Of a stretch of DNA of 26,931 nt, positions 26,205 to 26,931 are shown piece after piece. Position numbers and translations under genes: made by a program. Each line of letters starts with the position of its first letter. Within the stretch, counting starts at the first letter, position 1. The notes below the pieces were generated by a model that had not been told where the DNA came from, made no database searches, and saw only the letters and a list, made by a program, of their open reading frames with translations. The DNA is from a bacterium (GTDB lineage Bacteria > Electryoneota > Electryoneia > Electryoneales > Electryoneaceae), in contig JAZDLX010000040.1 in NCBI GenBank assembly GCA_043801585.1, forward strand, positions 1 to 26,931, written 5' to 3'.

Positions 26205-26224
26205 TTCCTGACGGTCAGGGAATT
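26205..26224. promoter_or_regulatory. Second copy of the CCTGA-N3-TCAGG palindrome
   Basis: TTCCTGACGGTCAGGGAATT is 17/20 identical to TTCCTGACCCTCAGGAAATT at 23688-23707. Confidence 0.4.
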
Positions 26225-26289
26225 CAGATAGAGTCAGCTTACTATGTAGTGAAGAAGCCTGACAATCATTCTAGGCACAAACCGCTCTT

Positions 26290-26406
26290 CTATTCGCTTC
26301 GCAGCGCGTCTGTCGGATTTGACCGTACCACACGTAGCGAAAGCGCGCTCACCAACCCCAGTGCCAACATCACCGAGCCGAGTCCGATGGAGAGGCCCAA
26401 CACATG
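26290..26406 (-). pseudogene. C-terminal remnant of a MacB/FtsX-type ABC permease
   Basis: Minus strand reads HVLGLSIGLGSVMLALGLVSALSLRVVRSNPTDALRSE*: last TM helix plus the NPxxxLRxE* terminus also seen in the 6207 permease. Not in the ORF track. Confidence 0.7.
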
Positions 26407-26407
26407 A

Positions 26408-26911
26408 CGGGTTGAACTCGATCTGCCGGAAATCATCGAATTGAAAAAGGAAATCCTGAAGGAACGGCTCGATTACGAAATGATCGGCGCTTCTGTTGTG
26501 GATCACTCCTGGATTGACAGGGTGAATCCCGAGGGGAAGAAAAAAGCTATCCTGTTAGCCGAAGGCCTTCTGATGTACCTCCCGAAACCCGAGGTTATCT
26601 CCCTCTTCAGGGCCATCTCCGATAAATTCCGTGATTCGCGGTTTGCCTTCGAGGTGGGGACCGAGAAATACACGAAGGGCATCTGGAAAAAGATCATCGT
26701 CATGAAGATAAAGAGGGAACTCGGTCTCGACGCGGGAATGTCCTACAACTTCGGCGTCCGCAGCGCACGCGAGATTGAATCCTACGGGGAAGGCCTTAAG
26801 GTCATCGATGAATGGTCCTACGTGGAGGACCCTGACGTCCGTCCGAAGATCCTGAAATATCTGGGTCTTTCCAGGACGCAGTGGACTGTGACGGTGGGAG
26901 TGAACGAATAG
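26408..26911 (+). pseudogene. 5'-truncated SAM-dependent methyltransferase (leucine carboxyl methyltransferase/TcmP-like)
   Basis: ELDLPEIIELK and LLAEGLLMYL are mid-protein motifs of this family; in-frame TGA at 26405-26407 and no upstream glycine-rich SAM motif. Confidence 0.7.
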
Positions 26912-26931
26912 GTTTTCCTTTTTTCATCGCA

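Overview
Bacterial chromosomal window; gene content suggests an FCB-superphylum organism (inference). Left to right: 3' part of a hypothetical gene; an intergenic hairpin plus a pair of covarying 46-nt palindromic repeats; an M49/DPP III peptidase (-); a sigma-54-type MacAB-like export locus (adaptor, two ABC ATPases, one internally deleted and one intact permease, NtrC-family regulator, histidine kinase) followed by a small hypothetical gene with its own sigma-54-like promoter; an RlmD-family m5U methyltransferase, mtgA, an aldo/keto reductase and a DUF1003 protein; a respiratory operon (Rieske, cytochrome b, 18-heme cytochrome c built from two 9-heme modules); tRNA-Asn(GTT) followed directly by a 79-aa GIY-YIG nuclease and a duplicated, palindrome-substituted tRNA 3' half; an AT-richer fabF + FabX-like cassette flanked by two copies of a palindromic motif; and a deletion scar joining two 5'-truncated genes. 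Most notable: the integrase-free tRNA/GIY-YIG/palindrome unit, the covarying palindromic repeats, and the Rieske/cytb/18-heme complex. All calls are by motif recognition; no searches were run.
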